Shown piece by piece: positions 38,873 to 47,515 of a stretch of DNA of 64,000 nt. The first letter of the stretch is position 1. Each line of letters begins with the position of its first letter. This DNA comes from Desulfatiglandales bacterium (GTDB taxonomy: Bacteria > Desulfobacterota > DSM-4660 > Desulfatiglandales > Desulfatiglandaceae). The notes below the pieces were generated by a model. It was not told the origin of the DNA, did no database searches, and saw only the letters and a program-made list of their open reading frames with translations. The stretch spans positions 1,472,001 to 1,536,000 of the forward strand of contig OY762721.1 in the NCBI GenBank assembly GCA_963666345.1. Reading direction: 5' to 3'. The translations under genes were made by a program, and so were the position numbers.

Positions 38873-41353
38873 ATGCAAGGTAAAAACGAAAAAGGAATCA
38901 GCAGGAGAAAATTTCTTACGGCATCCGGAGCAGGCGCCGCGCTCCTGGCTGCCGCGCCCTGTCTTGACCTGATGGCACTCACACCCGCTCAAGCCGAAGC
39001 TTCTACCGGGCCGGAAGGGACATGGGTTCACGGCATGTGTTCTTTCTGCATGTTCGGATGCCCCATCAGGGCAAAGGTCGTAGACGGGAAAATCGAGAGA
39101 ATCGAAGGCGACAAGGACATGCCGATAATGGAAGGAAAGATCTGCGCAAAGGGCATATCCGCTGTCGACAGGCTTTACAGGCCCGACAGGTTGAAGCACC
39201 CGCTCAAAAGAATCGGGAAAAGAGGGGAAGGCAAATTCAAGAGGATCTCCTGGGAAGAGGCCTTGAGCGAAATAACAGCCCACATGAAAAAATACAGGGA
39301 TGAGGGGCACCCTGAATCGGTCGCATTTCTCTGGGGATGCCCCATGCAGACCCCCAGCATTGATTTCTTTGATTATTTCAGGCAGGTATACGGCACGCCC
39401 AACTTCAGCCATTTTCACGGGGACTCCTGCTACTCGTCTGGTGCAATCGCCAACATGATGACCGGGATACCTCCTTTTTCTTTTATGTGCGATTTTTCAG
39501 AGGCCAAATACACGGTCCATGTCGGCTACTGCCCCACGACAGGATCATGGACCCCTGGTGGAACCTGGACCATGCGCGACGTGTCAAAAGGGCTCGAAAA
39601 GGGGCTTGAGCTGGAGATAGTGGATCCCCGCATGGAGGAAGACGGGGCAATGTTCAACTGGACCCCTGTGAGACCGGACACGGACATAGCATTCGCACTC
39701 GGCCTGATTCATGTCCTTTTAAAGGAAGACCTTTATGACGCTGATTTCACGTCAAGATACACGAACGGCCCAGTTCTGATCAGAACCGACACGGGCCTGC
39801 CCGCTAAAGATGCAAAGGGCAACTACCTGGCATGGGATCTTGACACCGATAAGGCCGTTCCGCATAACACCAAGGGAATCACACCCGCCCTTTACGGCTC
39901 CTACTCGGCAGCTGGGGCTGCGTGCAAGACGGCTCTCCAGATGCTGCGTGAAAGGGTCGAGGAGTTCACCCCTGAAAATGTTTCGAAAATTTGCGAAATC
40001 CCTCAGGGAGCCGGAAAGATAAGGGAAATCGCCCGGAAACTGGGAAAGAACAAGCCCGCCTCAAGCGTTCAGATCAGCTCGGTTGCAGCGGCAAAACAGG
40101 CCAATGTCATCCAGAAGATAAGGACATTCGGCATTATAAACGCCCTTCTGGGCAATATGGACAAACCGGGAGGCATCTATTTCCTTCAGCCGCCCATCTC
40201 AGGCGGACCTTACTATATGAGCTTCGGCCAGCCCCTGGGCAAAAAACCGCCCAAGATCAAGGTCCCCAATGTGGACTTTGACCCGGTAAAATATCCGTTC
40301 GGGTCCATCGATCTTCCGGTGGCCTCCCGCTATTACTCGGCCGTGAGCGAAGGAAAGCCATATCCCGTAAAGATGCTCTTCATCACCTCGGTCAACATGT
40401 TCAATCACGCCTCCATACCGACCAGGAAGATGCTTGCCGATTCGGAATTTACCGTGGTATGCGAAAACTGGCCCACCATAACGGTTGACTGGGCCGATAT
40501 CGTGCTGCCGGATGCGACCTATCTTGAAAGGGAAACGGTTCGCCAGTCGACCTGGAGCACCTATCCCTTCATAGCCTCGAGAGGAATCGTAAAACCCCCT
40601 GAGGGTGTAAGGCCTCTTGCCGATGTATGCCTTGAAATAGGCAAAAGGCTCGGTCTTGGAGAATACTTCGATTTCACCATGCAGGAGTGGTACAACAAGC
40701 AGCTTGAGCAGTTCGGAATCAATATCGAGGATCTCAAGAAAAAAGGTCCCTATTACAAATTCGACAAGCAGTATGAAAAATTTCCTTACAAATCAAAGCC
40801 GTGGAAGGCGACAAGCCGGTCGGGAAAAATCGAGATCTATTCCGCCTGGCTTGGAGAGGATTTCTATTTCAATCCGAAATCACCCTATTTCAAGAATCCC
40901 GACGTAGACCCCCTGCCCCATGATTTCCGGACCATGCGCAGGGATCTTGCCGCAGACGAGTTCTACCTCGTTACAGGCAAAAGCGCCATAAACGCCCATT
41001 CAAGCTCTTCTGGAAACCGTTATCTGAATGAAGACTATATCAGTGACGGAATAGGCCTGCACAGGATATGGATCAGCGCTCAAAGGGCCAAGGCCCTGGG
41101 TATCAAAGACAGGGATATCATATGGATAGAATCCGGGGTAACAGGGGCGAAAAACAAGGTAATGGTCAAGGTCACGGAAGGGATACACCCGACAACCGCC
41201 TTTGCCTATCACCAGTTCAACTCGCACTCACGCGGTATTGAAAACGATGCCGGGCCTTTTGGATTTATGGACAATGACTTTCAGCCGCACAACGAGGAAC
41301 CCCTCAGCGGGGGCCTGGGTCGCTGCCAGATGATAGTAAAAATACACAAATAA
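38873..41353 (+). CDS. Tat-exported molybdopterin oxidoreductase catalytic subunit (Psr/Phs/Arr-like, Cys ligand)
   Basis: Start MQGKNEKGISRRKFL (twin-arginine; GGAGAGG RBS); CSFCMFGC...C FS0 motif; DRLKHPLKR; GTPNFSHFHGDSC; ADIVLPDATYLER. Confidence 0.9.
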   Translation: MQGKNEKGISRRKFLTASGAGAALLAAAPCLDLMALTPAQAEASTGPEGTWVHGMCSFCMFGCPIRAKVVDGKIERIEGDKDMPIMEGKICAKGISAVDRLYRPDRLKHPLKRIGKRGEGKFKRISWEEALSEITAHMKKYRDEGHPESVAFLWGCPMQTPSIDFFDYFRQVYGTPNFSHFHGDSCYSSGAIANMMTGIPPFSFMCDFSEAKYTVHVGYCPTTGSWTPGGTWTMRDVSKGLEKGLELEIVDPRMEEDGAMFNWTPVRPDTDIAFALGLIHVLLKEDLYDADFTSRYTNGPVLIRTDTGLPAKDAKGNYLAWDLDTDKAVPHNTKGITPALYGSYSAAGAACKTALQMLRERVEEFTPENVSKICEIPQGAGKIREIARKLGKNKPASSVQISSVAAAKQANVIQKIRTFGIINALLGNMDKPGGIYFLQPPISGGPYYMSFGQPLGKKPPKIKVPNVDFDPVKYPFGSIDLPVASRYYSAVSEGKPYPVKMLFITSVNMFNHASIPTRKMLADSEFTVVCENWPTITVDWADIVLPDATYLERETVRQSTWSTYPFIASRGIVKPPEGVRPLADVCLEIGKRLGLGEYFDFTMQEWYNKQLEQFGINIEDLKKKGPYYKFDKQYEKFPYKSKPWKATSRSGKIEIYSAWLGEDFYFNPKSPYFKNPDVDPLPHDFRTMRRDLAADEFYLVTGKSAINAHSSSSGNRYLNEDYISDGIGLHRIWISAQRAKALGIKDRDIIWIESGVTGAKNKVMVKVTEGIHPTTAFAYHQFNSHSRGIENDAGPFGFMDNDFQPHNEEPLSGGLGRCQMIVKIHK

Positions 41354-41364
41354 GGGGAGCTGAT

Positions 41365-42177
41365 ATGGCTGCATTAGCAATAGTGGTAGATCTTAACAAA
41401 TGTATAAGGTGCAGGGCCTGCATGGTTTCCTGTAAGATAGAAAACAAGATTCCACCCCTTCAAAAGGGCAGGGTCGAGCACTACAGGATCAGGCCTGTTG
41501 AATGGGAGGAAGGAAATTACCCCGATGTAAGGAGGATCTTTATCCCGGTCATGTGCATGAACTGCGAAAAACCTGAGTGTCTCGAGGCATGCCCTGAAGG
41601 CGCGATAAGCAAAAGGGCCGACGGAATCGTGGTAATAGACAAGAAGAAATGCGTTGCCTGCGGCAGCTGCGCCGAGGCATGCCCCTACGGTGTTCCGTTT
41701 ATTCTCGAAAAGGCGGACAAATGTGACTTCTGCGCCTCAAGCAGGCTAGACAAGGGAGAGGAAAAACCATACTGCGTCAAGTCATGCCCGGGCGAGGCAA
41801 TGATCTTCGGCGATCTCAAGGACCCGAAAAGCGAAGTGGCCGGGATGGTGGCTTCAGGCAAGGCAAAACCCCTTTGCCCGCAGTTCGGGACAAGGCCTCA
41901 TGTCTACTATATCCCCCCCAAATGGTATGAGGATAAGTGGGAATCACTGGCCGATAACAAGCTCTTTCAAAAGGCCCTTGCTGAGAGGCAGAAAGACATC
42001 GAGATAGCCTCATCAGGAAAATCTTTTGCCAAAATAGCTGCAAAAGCCGGCCTGTTAGGTTCTCCTGCGGGCGCTCTCATGATCGGCGCGCTGGGCGCCG
42101 GAGTGAGCCTCGACTACCTTGCTGAAAGAAAGCAGAAGGTGGCCAGGGCGGAACAAAAGGATTCAAAGCAGAAATAA
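41365..42177 (+). CDS. 4x[4Fe-4S] electron-transfer subunit (PsrB/NrfC/DmsB-like) with C-terminal membrane anchor
   Basis: CIRCRACMVSC, CMNCEKPECLEACP, CVACGSCAEACP, KCDFC...CVKSCP; hydrophobic GLLGSPAGALMIGALGAGVSL followed by ERKQKV. Confidence 0.9.
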   Translation: MAALAIVVDLNKCIRCRACMVSCKIENKIPPLQKGRVEHYRIRPVEWEEGNYPDVRRIFIPVMCMNCEKPECLEACPEGAISKRADGIVVIDKKKCVACGSCAEACPYGVPFILEKADKCDFCASSRLDKGEEKPYCVKSCPGEAMIFGDLKDPKSEVAGMVASGKAKPLCPQFGTRPHVYYIPPKWYEDKWESLADNKLFQKALAERQKDIEIASSGKSFAKIAAKAGLLGSPAGALMIGALGAGVSLDYLAERKQKVARAEQKDSKQK

Positions 42178-42183
42178 TTTTTC

Positions 42184-42221
42184 TGAAACCTGCCGGTTCT
42201 ATCCTGAACCGGCAGGTTTCA
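42184..42221. terminator. 16-bp perfect hairpin between the Fe-S subunit and chaperone genes (terminator or mRNA stabiliser)
   Basis: TGAAACCTGCCGGTTC-TATCCT-GAACCGGCAGGTTTCA; no U tract on the + strand. Confidence 0.55.
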
Positions 42222-42325
42222 TAGCGGCGCGGATCCGCAAAAAGGTGTTTCCGTGCGGGCACAAACCTGCCGGAATCAGGGCGCCTCGCGCGCCGTAAAA
42301 AAATTACCGCAGACAGGACACTGTT

Positions 42326-42985
42326 ATGACACAGGAGCAATACCTGCAGGACACACTTATCAGAAGCGATATCTACCGTCAGATCTATCACCTCTTTGAG
42401 TACCCGGGGGAAGATTCAGGGATCTTTTTACTGAAACGGATGGAGCTTTCCCTTCCGTATAAAGCAGATCCTCTTGACCTGAACTCGATTAAAAAACAGA
42501 TGATTGATTTTCTTGAAAAAGATTCTTCCCATGAGGAAACAGAGGCCGAATATGTCAGGCTTTTTGACTACAGGCCGGTCTGTCCTCCCTATGAAACCGC
42601 CTATCGCAAAGGGGTAAGGCCGCATCAGTTCATAAATGAGCTTGTTTCCCTGTACGGGGAATCGGGAATCAAATGTGATGAAACCAGGGCCCCGGACCAC
42701 ATATCAGTGGAATTCGAGTTCATGCACTACCTCTGTTTCAAGGAGGCCACAGCCGCAGAGAGCGAACAGGCAGCCTGGAAAGACAGGCAGAGGTCCTTTT
42801 TCAACGACCACCTGTATGAATGGGTACCAGTCATGTGTGAGAAATTGATCCAAAAGGCGGCCTCCCCCTTTTCCCTGCTGGGTGAAATGATAAGGATCAT
42901 AATGCAGGCAGAGGCGGCATGGCTTGAACATACAGGGGCCGCTTCAGGTACGATCCAGTCTTCTTCCGATATCAAAAACAATTGA
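42326..42985 (+). CDS. TorD/DmsD-family redox enzyme maturation chaperone
   Basis: EYVRLF, PPYETAY, PDHISVEFEFMHYL, FFNDHL..W. Confidence 0.9.
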   Translation: MTQEQYLQDTLIRSDIYRQIYHLFEYPGEDSGIFLLKRMELSLPYKADPLDLNSIKKQMIDFLEKDSSHEETEAEYVRLFDYRPVCPPYETAYRKGVRPHQFINELVSLYGESGIKCDETRAPDHISVEFEFMHYLCFKEATAAESEQAAWKDRQRSFFNDHLYEWVPVMCEKLIQKAASPFSLLGEMIRIIMQAEAAWLEHTGAASGTIQSSSDIKNN

Positions 42986-43124
42986 CACGACCTGTCTTCT
43001 CAATTGTGAACAAGGACCCCCGGCTCCTTGAATCCTCCTTAAACAGACCCGTCCGGTTTCAGATAACCCGTTTATCCTGCCTTATGAACTTGAGGCGCCG
43101 GGGAAATAATCCATATTTATTTTA

Positions 43125-43153
43125 TTGCCCAACCGGTAAAAAGTGTTTACCTT
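43125..43153 (+). promoter_or_regulatory. sigma70-like promoter of nifU-nifS-cysE-cysK
   Basis: TTGCCC-N17-TACCTT after an AT-rich tract. Confidence 0.4.
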
Positions 43154-43271
43154 AGTACCTGTAGGCTTTTTGGTCATGTTTTATCTCTTATGACCTGCCG
43201 CCTCTTCTCAGAAACGGGCCATAAAAAAAACAGGCTCCCTGAAACATTCACAGGCAAAAAAGGAGGAATCC

Positions 43272-44096
43272 ATGTGGGAATATTCTGATAAGGTCAAGGA
43301 ACATTTTCTTAATCCAAGAAACGCAGGTGATATGGAGGATGCCAACGCCGTGGGCGAGGTAGGCTCCATGGCCTGTGGAGACGCACTCAAACTCTGCCTC
43401 AAGGTGGATGAAGAGGGGAAAATCGCCGATGCCAGTTTTCAGACATTCGGCTGCGCCAGTGCCATCGCCTCGGCCTCCGCGCTGACCGAGATGCTCAAAG
43501 GCAAAACCGTCAAGGAGGCGGAAAAGATAACCAATCAGGATATTGCCGACTACCTTGGAGGCCTTCCCAAGGAAAAGATGCACTGCTCGGTGCTGGGACG
43601 CCAGGCCCTTGAACAGGCCCTGGCCAACTACAAGGGAGAACCGGTAAAGGAGCAGGAAGGGGAGATCGTGTGTGAGTGTTTCGGTGTGACCGATCTGGAG
43701 ATAGAAAGGGCGATCAGGGAAAACAATCTCTCCACCGTAGAGGAGGTCACAAACTACACCAAGGCGGGAGGGGGCTGCGAGAACTGCCATGACACTATCC
43801 GGAATATCATCGCCACGGTGCGGGCCGAGGAAAAGCCCGCCGTCAAGCCCAGGCTCTCCAACATAAAAAAGATCAAGATGATCGAAGAGACCCTTGAAAG
43901 GGAAATAAGGCCCTCTTTGAAGCATGACGGGGGAGACATCGAACTGATAGACGTAATAGGTAATCGCGTACTGGTCTCCCCAAGGAGGGCATGCGCCACC
44001 TGCCGGGCATCCCAGCAGACGCTGAAGCATCTCGTAGAGGCCAAACTGAGAGAGTTTGTCTCCCCTGAACTTGTCGTGGAGGAGGTGAGCTCATGA
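43272..44096 (+). CDS. nifU: Fe-S cluster assembly scaffold NifU (IscU + BFD-like + Nfu domains)
   Basis: MWEYSDKVKEHF, CGDAL, FQTFGCASAIAS, KMHCSV, CECFG, AGGGCENC, DGGDIEL, ACATC. Confidence 0.96.
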   Translation: MWEYSDKVKEHFLNPRNAGDMEDANAVGEVGSMACGDALKLCLKVDEEGKIADASFQTFGCASAIASASALTEMLKGKTVKEAEKITNQDIADYLGGLPKEKMHCSVLGRQALEQALANYKGEPVKEQEGEIVCECFGVTDLEIERAIRENNLSTVEEVTNYTKAGGGCENCHDTIRNIIATVRAEEKPAVKPRLSNIKKIKMIEETLEREIRPSLKHDGGDIELIDVIGNRVLVSPRRACATCRASQQTLKHLVEAKLREFVSPELVVEEVSS

Positions 44097-45277
44097 AGAC
44101 GATCTATCTGGATAACAATGCCACCACTCAGGTGGCGCCGGAAGTGCTTGACGCCATGCTGCCCTATTTACGCGAACAATACGGAAATCCCTCAAGCGCC
44201 TATTCATTCGGAGGACAGGTGGCCCGAAAGATCAGGAAGGCCAGGGAGCAGGTCGCGGCCCTTATCGGAGCGATGCCCGAGGAGATCATCTTTACAAGCT
44301 GCGGGTCGGAAAGCGACAGCTCGGCCGTCAGGTCGGCCCTTGCCACGGAGACAGGCAGACGGCATATCGTGACAAGCCGGGTGGAACACCCGGCAATCAA
44401 GGCACTCTGCTCACATCTTTCCAATAAGGGCTACCTGGTAACCGAGATCCCTGTAGACGGAAAAGGGGTCCTTGACATGGAGCGTTACAGGGAAAGCCTC
44501 ACGCCTGACACGGCCATTGCGAGCATCATGTGGGCCAACAACGAGACAGGTGTCATCTTTCCGGTGGAAGAGGCCGCTCGCATGGCAAAGGAAAGAGGCA
44601 TACTGTTTCATTCAGACGCGGTTCAGATTACCGGGAAAATGCCGTACGACATGTCAAAGAGCAGCATCGACATGCTCTCCGTCTCAGGCCACAAGCTGCA
44701 TGCTCCAAAGGGGATCGGCATACTCTACGTGCGCAAGGGCACAAAGTTTTCCCCGTTTCTCATAGGAGGTCACCAGGAAAAGGGAAGGCGCGGAGGCACG
44801 GAGAACACGGCAAGCATCATAGGCCTTGGAAAGGCGTGCGAACTGGCACTCAGGAACATGGACACGGAGAACAGGGAAGTAAAAAGTCTCAGGGACAGGC
44901 TTGAATCCGAGTTATTAAAGAGGATCCCGAACAGCCACGTCAACGGCGATATTTCAAACCGGCTTCCGAACACAAGCAACATCAGCTTTGAATCGATTGA
45001 AGGAGAATCGATCCTGCTCATGATGGATGAGCTCGGCATCTGCGCATCCTCGGGATCGGCCTGCACCTCCGGGTCACTTCAGCCCTCGCACGTGCTTCGG
45101 GCGATGGGGGTTCCTTTCACCATGGCCCATGGATCTGTGAGGTTCTCCTTAAGCATATACAACAATGAGGAAGAAATAGATTTTGTCATTGATAAGATGC
45201 CACCGATCATCGAAAAACTGAGGGCGCTGTCTCCATACTGGAAGCCTGACGGGAAGGCCTGTGCCTCAGGGGAGTAA
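44093..45277 (+). CDS. nifS: cysteine desulfurase NifS
   Basis: [34 protein letters not shown]. Confidence 0.96.
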   Translation: MKTIYLDNNATTQVAPEVLDAMLPYLREQYGNPSSAYSFGGQVARKIRKAREQVAALIGAMPEEIIFTSCGSESDSSAVRSALATETGRRHIVTSRVEHPAIKALCSHLSNKGYLVTEIPVDGKGVLDMERYRESLTPDTAIASIMWANNETGVIFPVEEAARMAKERGILFHSDAVQITGKMPYDMSKSSIDMLSVSGHKLHAPKGIGILYVRKGTKFSPFLIGGHQEKGRRGGTENTASIIGLGKACELALRNMDTENREVKSLRDRLESELLKRIPNSHVNGDISNRLPNTSNISFESIEGESILLMMDELGICASSGSACTSGSLQPSHVLRAMGVPFTMAHGSVRFSLSIYNNEEEIDFVIDKMPPIIEKLRALSPYWKPDGKACASGE

Positions 45278-45285
45278 TTTTCGCC

Positions 45286-46242
45286 ATGGAAGAGTCTTCT
45301 AACGAGAGGTGTAAGACTTCGATTGCCGACACCGAACAATACCGGGCCGAGATCCCTGAGATCGTCGACCGGCTGGTCTTAAGCTGCGGGCAAAAGGAAT
45401 GCTTCGATCACGTGGGGCCGGAATCGATCTCATCCAGGGATTCCATCATAGAGCTCCTGGACATGGCAAGGCGGATACTCTATCCAGGTTATTTTATCCG
45501 TTCCAGGGTGGATCGAGTCAATCTTTCCTACTATTTCGGTCAGGAGGTGACGGCCTTCTTTGAGGTGCTGGCGGAGCAGATCACGCTCGCCATCAGGCAT
45601 GACTGCCTCAGGTACGGGCAGCCCTGCACCCATTGCGAAGACAGGGGCAAGGAGACAGCCATTGCCTTTGTCCGTGAAATGCCGCAACTTAGATCCGCCC
45701 TTGCCGCGGACGTGCGTGCGGCCTATGACGGGGACCCGGCCGCAAAGAGCTATGACGAGATCATATTCAGCTATCCAGGCATCTACGCGATCACTGTTTA
45801 CCGCATCGCCCACCAGCTCTATCATCAGGAGACCCCTCTTATCCCCCGCATCATGACCGAGCATGCCCACTCTCTAACCGGTATCGATATCCATCCGGCC
45901 GCCCATATAGGCGACAGCTTCGTCATCGATCATGGTACCGGAGTGGTGGTGGGAGAAACCACTGAGATAGGTGACCGGGTCAGGCTCTATCAGGGGGTGA
46001 CCCTGGGAGCACTGTCCCTGCCACGGAATTCTGCTGCCGCCCTGAGGAACAAAAAGCGCCACCCAACCATCGAAGACGACGTCATCATATATGCCGGTGC
46101 CACCATACTGGGTGGAGACACGGTCATAGGGGCACGTTCGGTGATAGGCGGAAACGTGTGGATCACAGGTTCGGTGCCGCCCGACAACAAGGTCTTTCTC
46201 AAAAAACCTGAACTGCTCTTCAAGGATAAATCCGCCTCCTGA
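45286..46242 (+). CDS. cysE: serine O-acetyltransferase
   Basis: [40 protein letters not shown]. Confidence 0.93.
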   Translation: MEESSNERCKTSIADTEQYRAEIPEIVDRLVLSCGQKECFDHVGPESISSRDSIIELLDMARRILYPGYFIRSRVDRVNLSYYFGQEVTAFFEVLAEQITLAIRHDCLRYGQPCTHCEDRGKETAIAFVREMPQLRSALAADVRAAYDGDPAAKSYDEIIFSYPGIYAITVYRIAHQLYHQETPLIPRIMTEHAHSLTGIDIHPAAHIGDSFVIDHGTGVVVGETTEIGDRVRLYQGVTLGALSLPRNSAAALRNKKRHPTIEDDVIIYAGATILGGDTVIGARSVIGGNVWITGSVPPDNKVFLKKPELLFKDKSAS

Positions 46243-46271
46243 GCCGAAAACCTCAAAAAGGGTGATCAGAG

Positions 46272-47201
46272 ATGAACGGGATCTTTTCCGATATTACCAA
46301 AACCGTGGGCGCAACTCCTCTGGTCAGGTTGAACCGGATTTCAGAAGGCCTGCCAGCCGCCATACTGGCCAAACTGGAATTCAAAAATCCCCTCGGCAGT
46401 GTCAAAGACAGGATAGGCCTTGCCATGATCGAGGCCGGCGAGAGGCTGGGTCTTATCGGTAGGGATACCCTGATAGTGGAGCCGACAAGCGGAAACACCG
46501 GCATCGCGCTCGCCTTTGTCTGCGCTGTAAGGAGATACCCTCTCATCCTCACCATGCCCGAGACCCTCAGTGTGGAGCGCAGAAAGATCCTCAAGCACCT
46601 GGGAGCCGAACTCGTCCTTACTCCCGGGGCCGAAGGCATGACCGGGGCCATTAATAAGGCCCGCGAGATCCTGGCTGAATCCCCCGGCTCCTACATGCCG
46701 GATCAGTTCAGCAACCCCGCCAATCCTGAGATCCACCGTAAGACCACCGCGGAGGAGATCTGGCAGGCAACCGGGGGGGCCGTGGATATCCTGGTGGCGG
46801 GAGTCGGCACGGGCGGGACCATCACAGGCACATCGGAGGTGCTCAAGGCGCGCAAACCGACCGTAAAATCGGTGGCGGTCGAACCGGTTGACTCACCCGT
46901 GCTTTCAGGGGGAAATCCGGGACCGCACAAGATCCAGGGTATCGGAGCGGGATTCGTCCCCGGGGTACTCAACAGAGAAATCATCGATGAGATCTTCACG
47001 GTAACACATGAGCAGGCCTTTGACACGGCAAGAAGACTTGCAAGGCTTGAGGGCATCTTCTGCGGGATTTCCTCAGGGGCGGCTGTTGCGGCAGCCCTTG
47101 AAATAGCGGGAAGGAAGGAAAGCGGAGGGAAGCTGATCGTTACCATCATACCCAGCACCGGAGAGCGTTACCTCAGCACCGAGCTGTTTCAGGACATCTG
47201 A
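46272..47201 (+). CDS. cysK: cysteine synthase A
   Basis: [48 protein letters not shown]. Confidence 0.96.
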   Translation: MNGIFSDITKTVGATPLVRLNRISEGLPAAILAKLEFKNPLGSVKDRIGLAMIEAGERLGLIGRDTLIVEPTSGNTGIALAFVCAVRRYPLILTMPETLSVERRKILKHLGAELVLTPGAEGMTGAINKAREILAESPGSYMPDQFSNPANPEIHRKTTAEEIWQATGGAVDILVAGVGTGGTITGTSEVLKARKPTVKSVAVEPVDSPVLSGGNPGPHKIQGIGAGFVPGVLNREIIDEIFTVTHEQAFDTARRLARLEGIFCGISSGAAVAAALEIAGRKESGGKLIVTIIPSTGERYLSTELFQDI

Positions 47202-47266
47202 CGCTCTTCAGCCTCTGTAAGCCCCCGCCTCTATCCAGGCTGGCCTTCACCACACATTACCTCTAG

Positions 47267-47321
47267 AATCAACCGGTTATAAATACATAAGGCCGGACTC
47301 CAATCCGGTACCGGTCTTGCT
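47267..47321 (+). promoter_or_regulatory. IHF site (AATCAA-CCGG-TTA, 47267-47279) and sigma54 -24/-12 element (CGGTACCGGTCTTGCT, 47306-47321) upstream of the second ASST-like gene
   Basis: Exact match to WATCAANNNNTTR about 30 bp upstream of GG-N10-GC ending in TTGCT. Confidence 0.6.
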
Positions 47322-47445
47322 TTTGATATCTTCCCGCCCCGCCCGATCAGGTATTTGCCCATATTCCGGTTCGCGGGACGGTTCCTGACGCCCCTTGCCC
47401 TTGTCTTTCTTAACGGCCTGGGACTCCTTTAGGCCGGGTCCTGCG

Positions 47446-47474
47446 TTGACATTTCAGGTATGACCCGTTATGAG
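47446..47474 (+). promoter_or_regulatory. possible additional sigma70 promoter (TTGACA-N17-TATGAG)
   Basis: Perfect -35, weak -10. Confidence 0.35.
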
Positions 47475-47515
47475 TAAGTTCCTGAAATCTAATGCAGGTT
47501 AAATAAGGAGGCATC

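Noticed and set aside
38873..42985. Selenocysteine recoding in the molybdoenzyme operon
   Set aside because: The ORFs are uninterrupted and the predicted ligand is a TGC Cys codon
43272..45277. Evidence of nitrogen fixation from nifU/nifS
   Set aside because: No nifHDK in the window; NifUS serves as a general Fe-S system in many anaerobes
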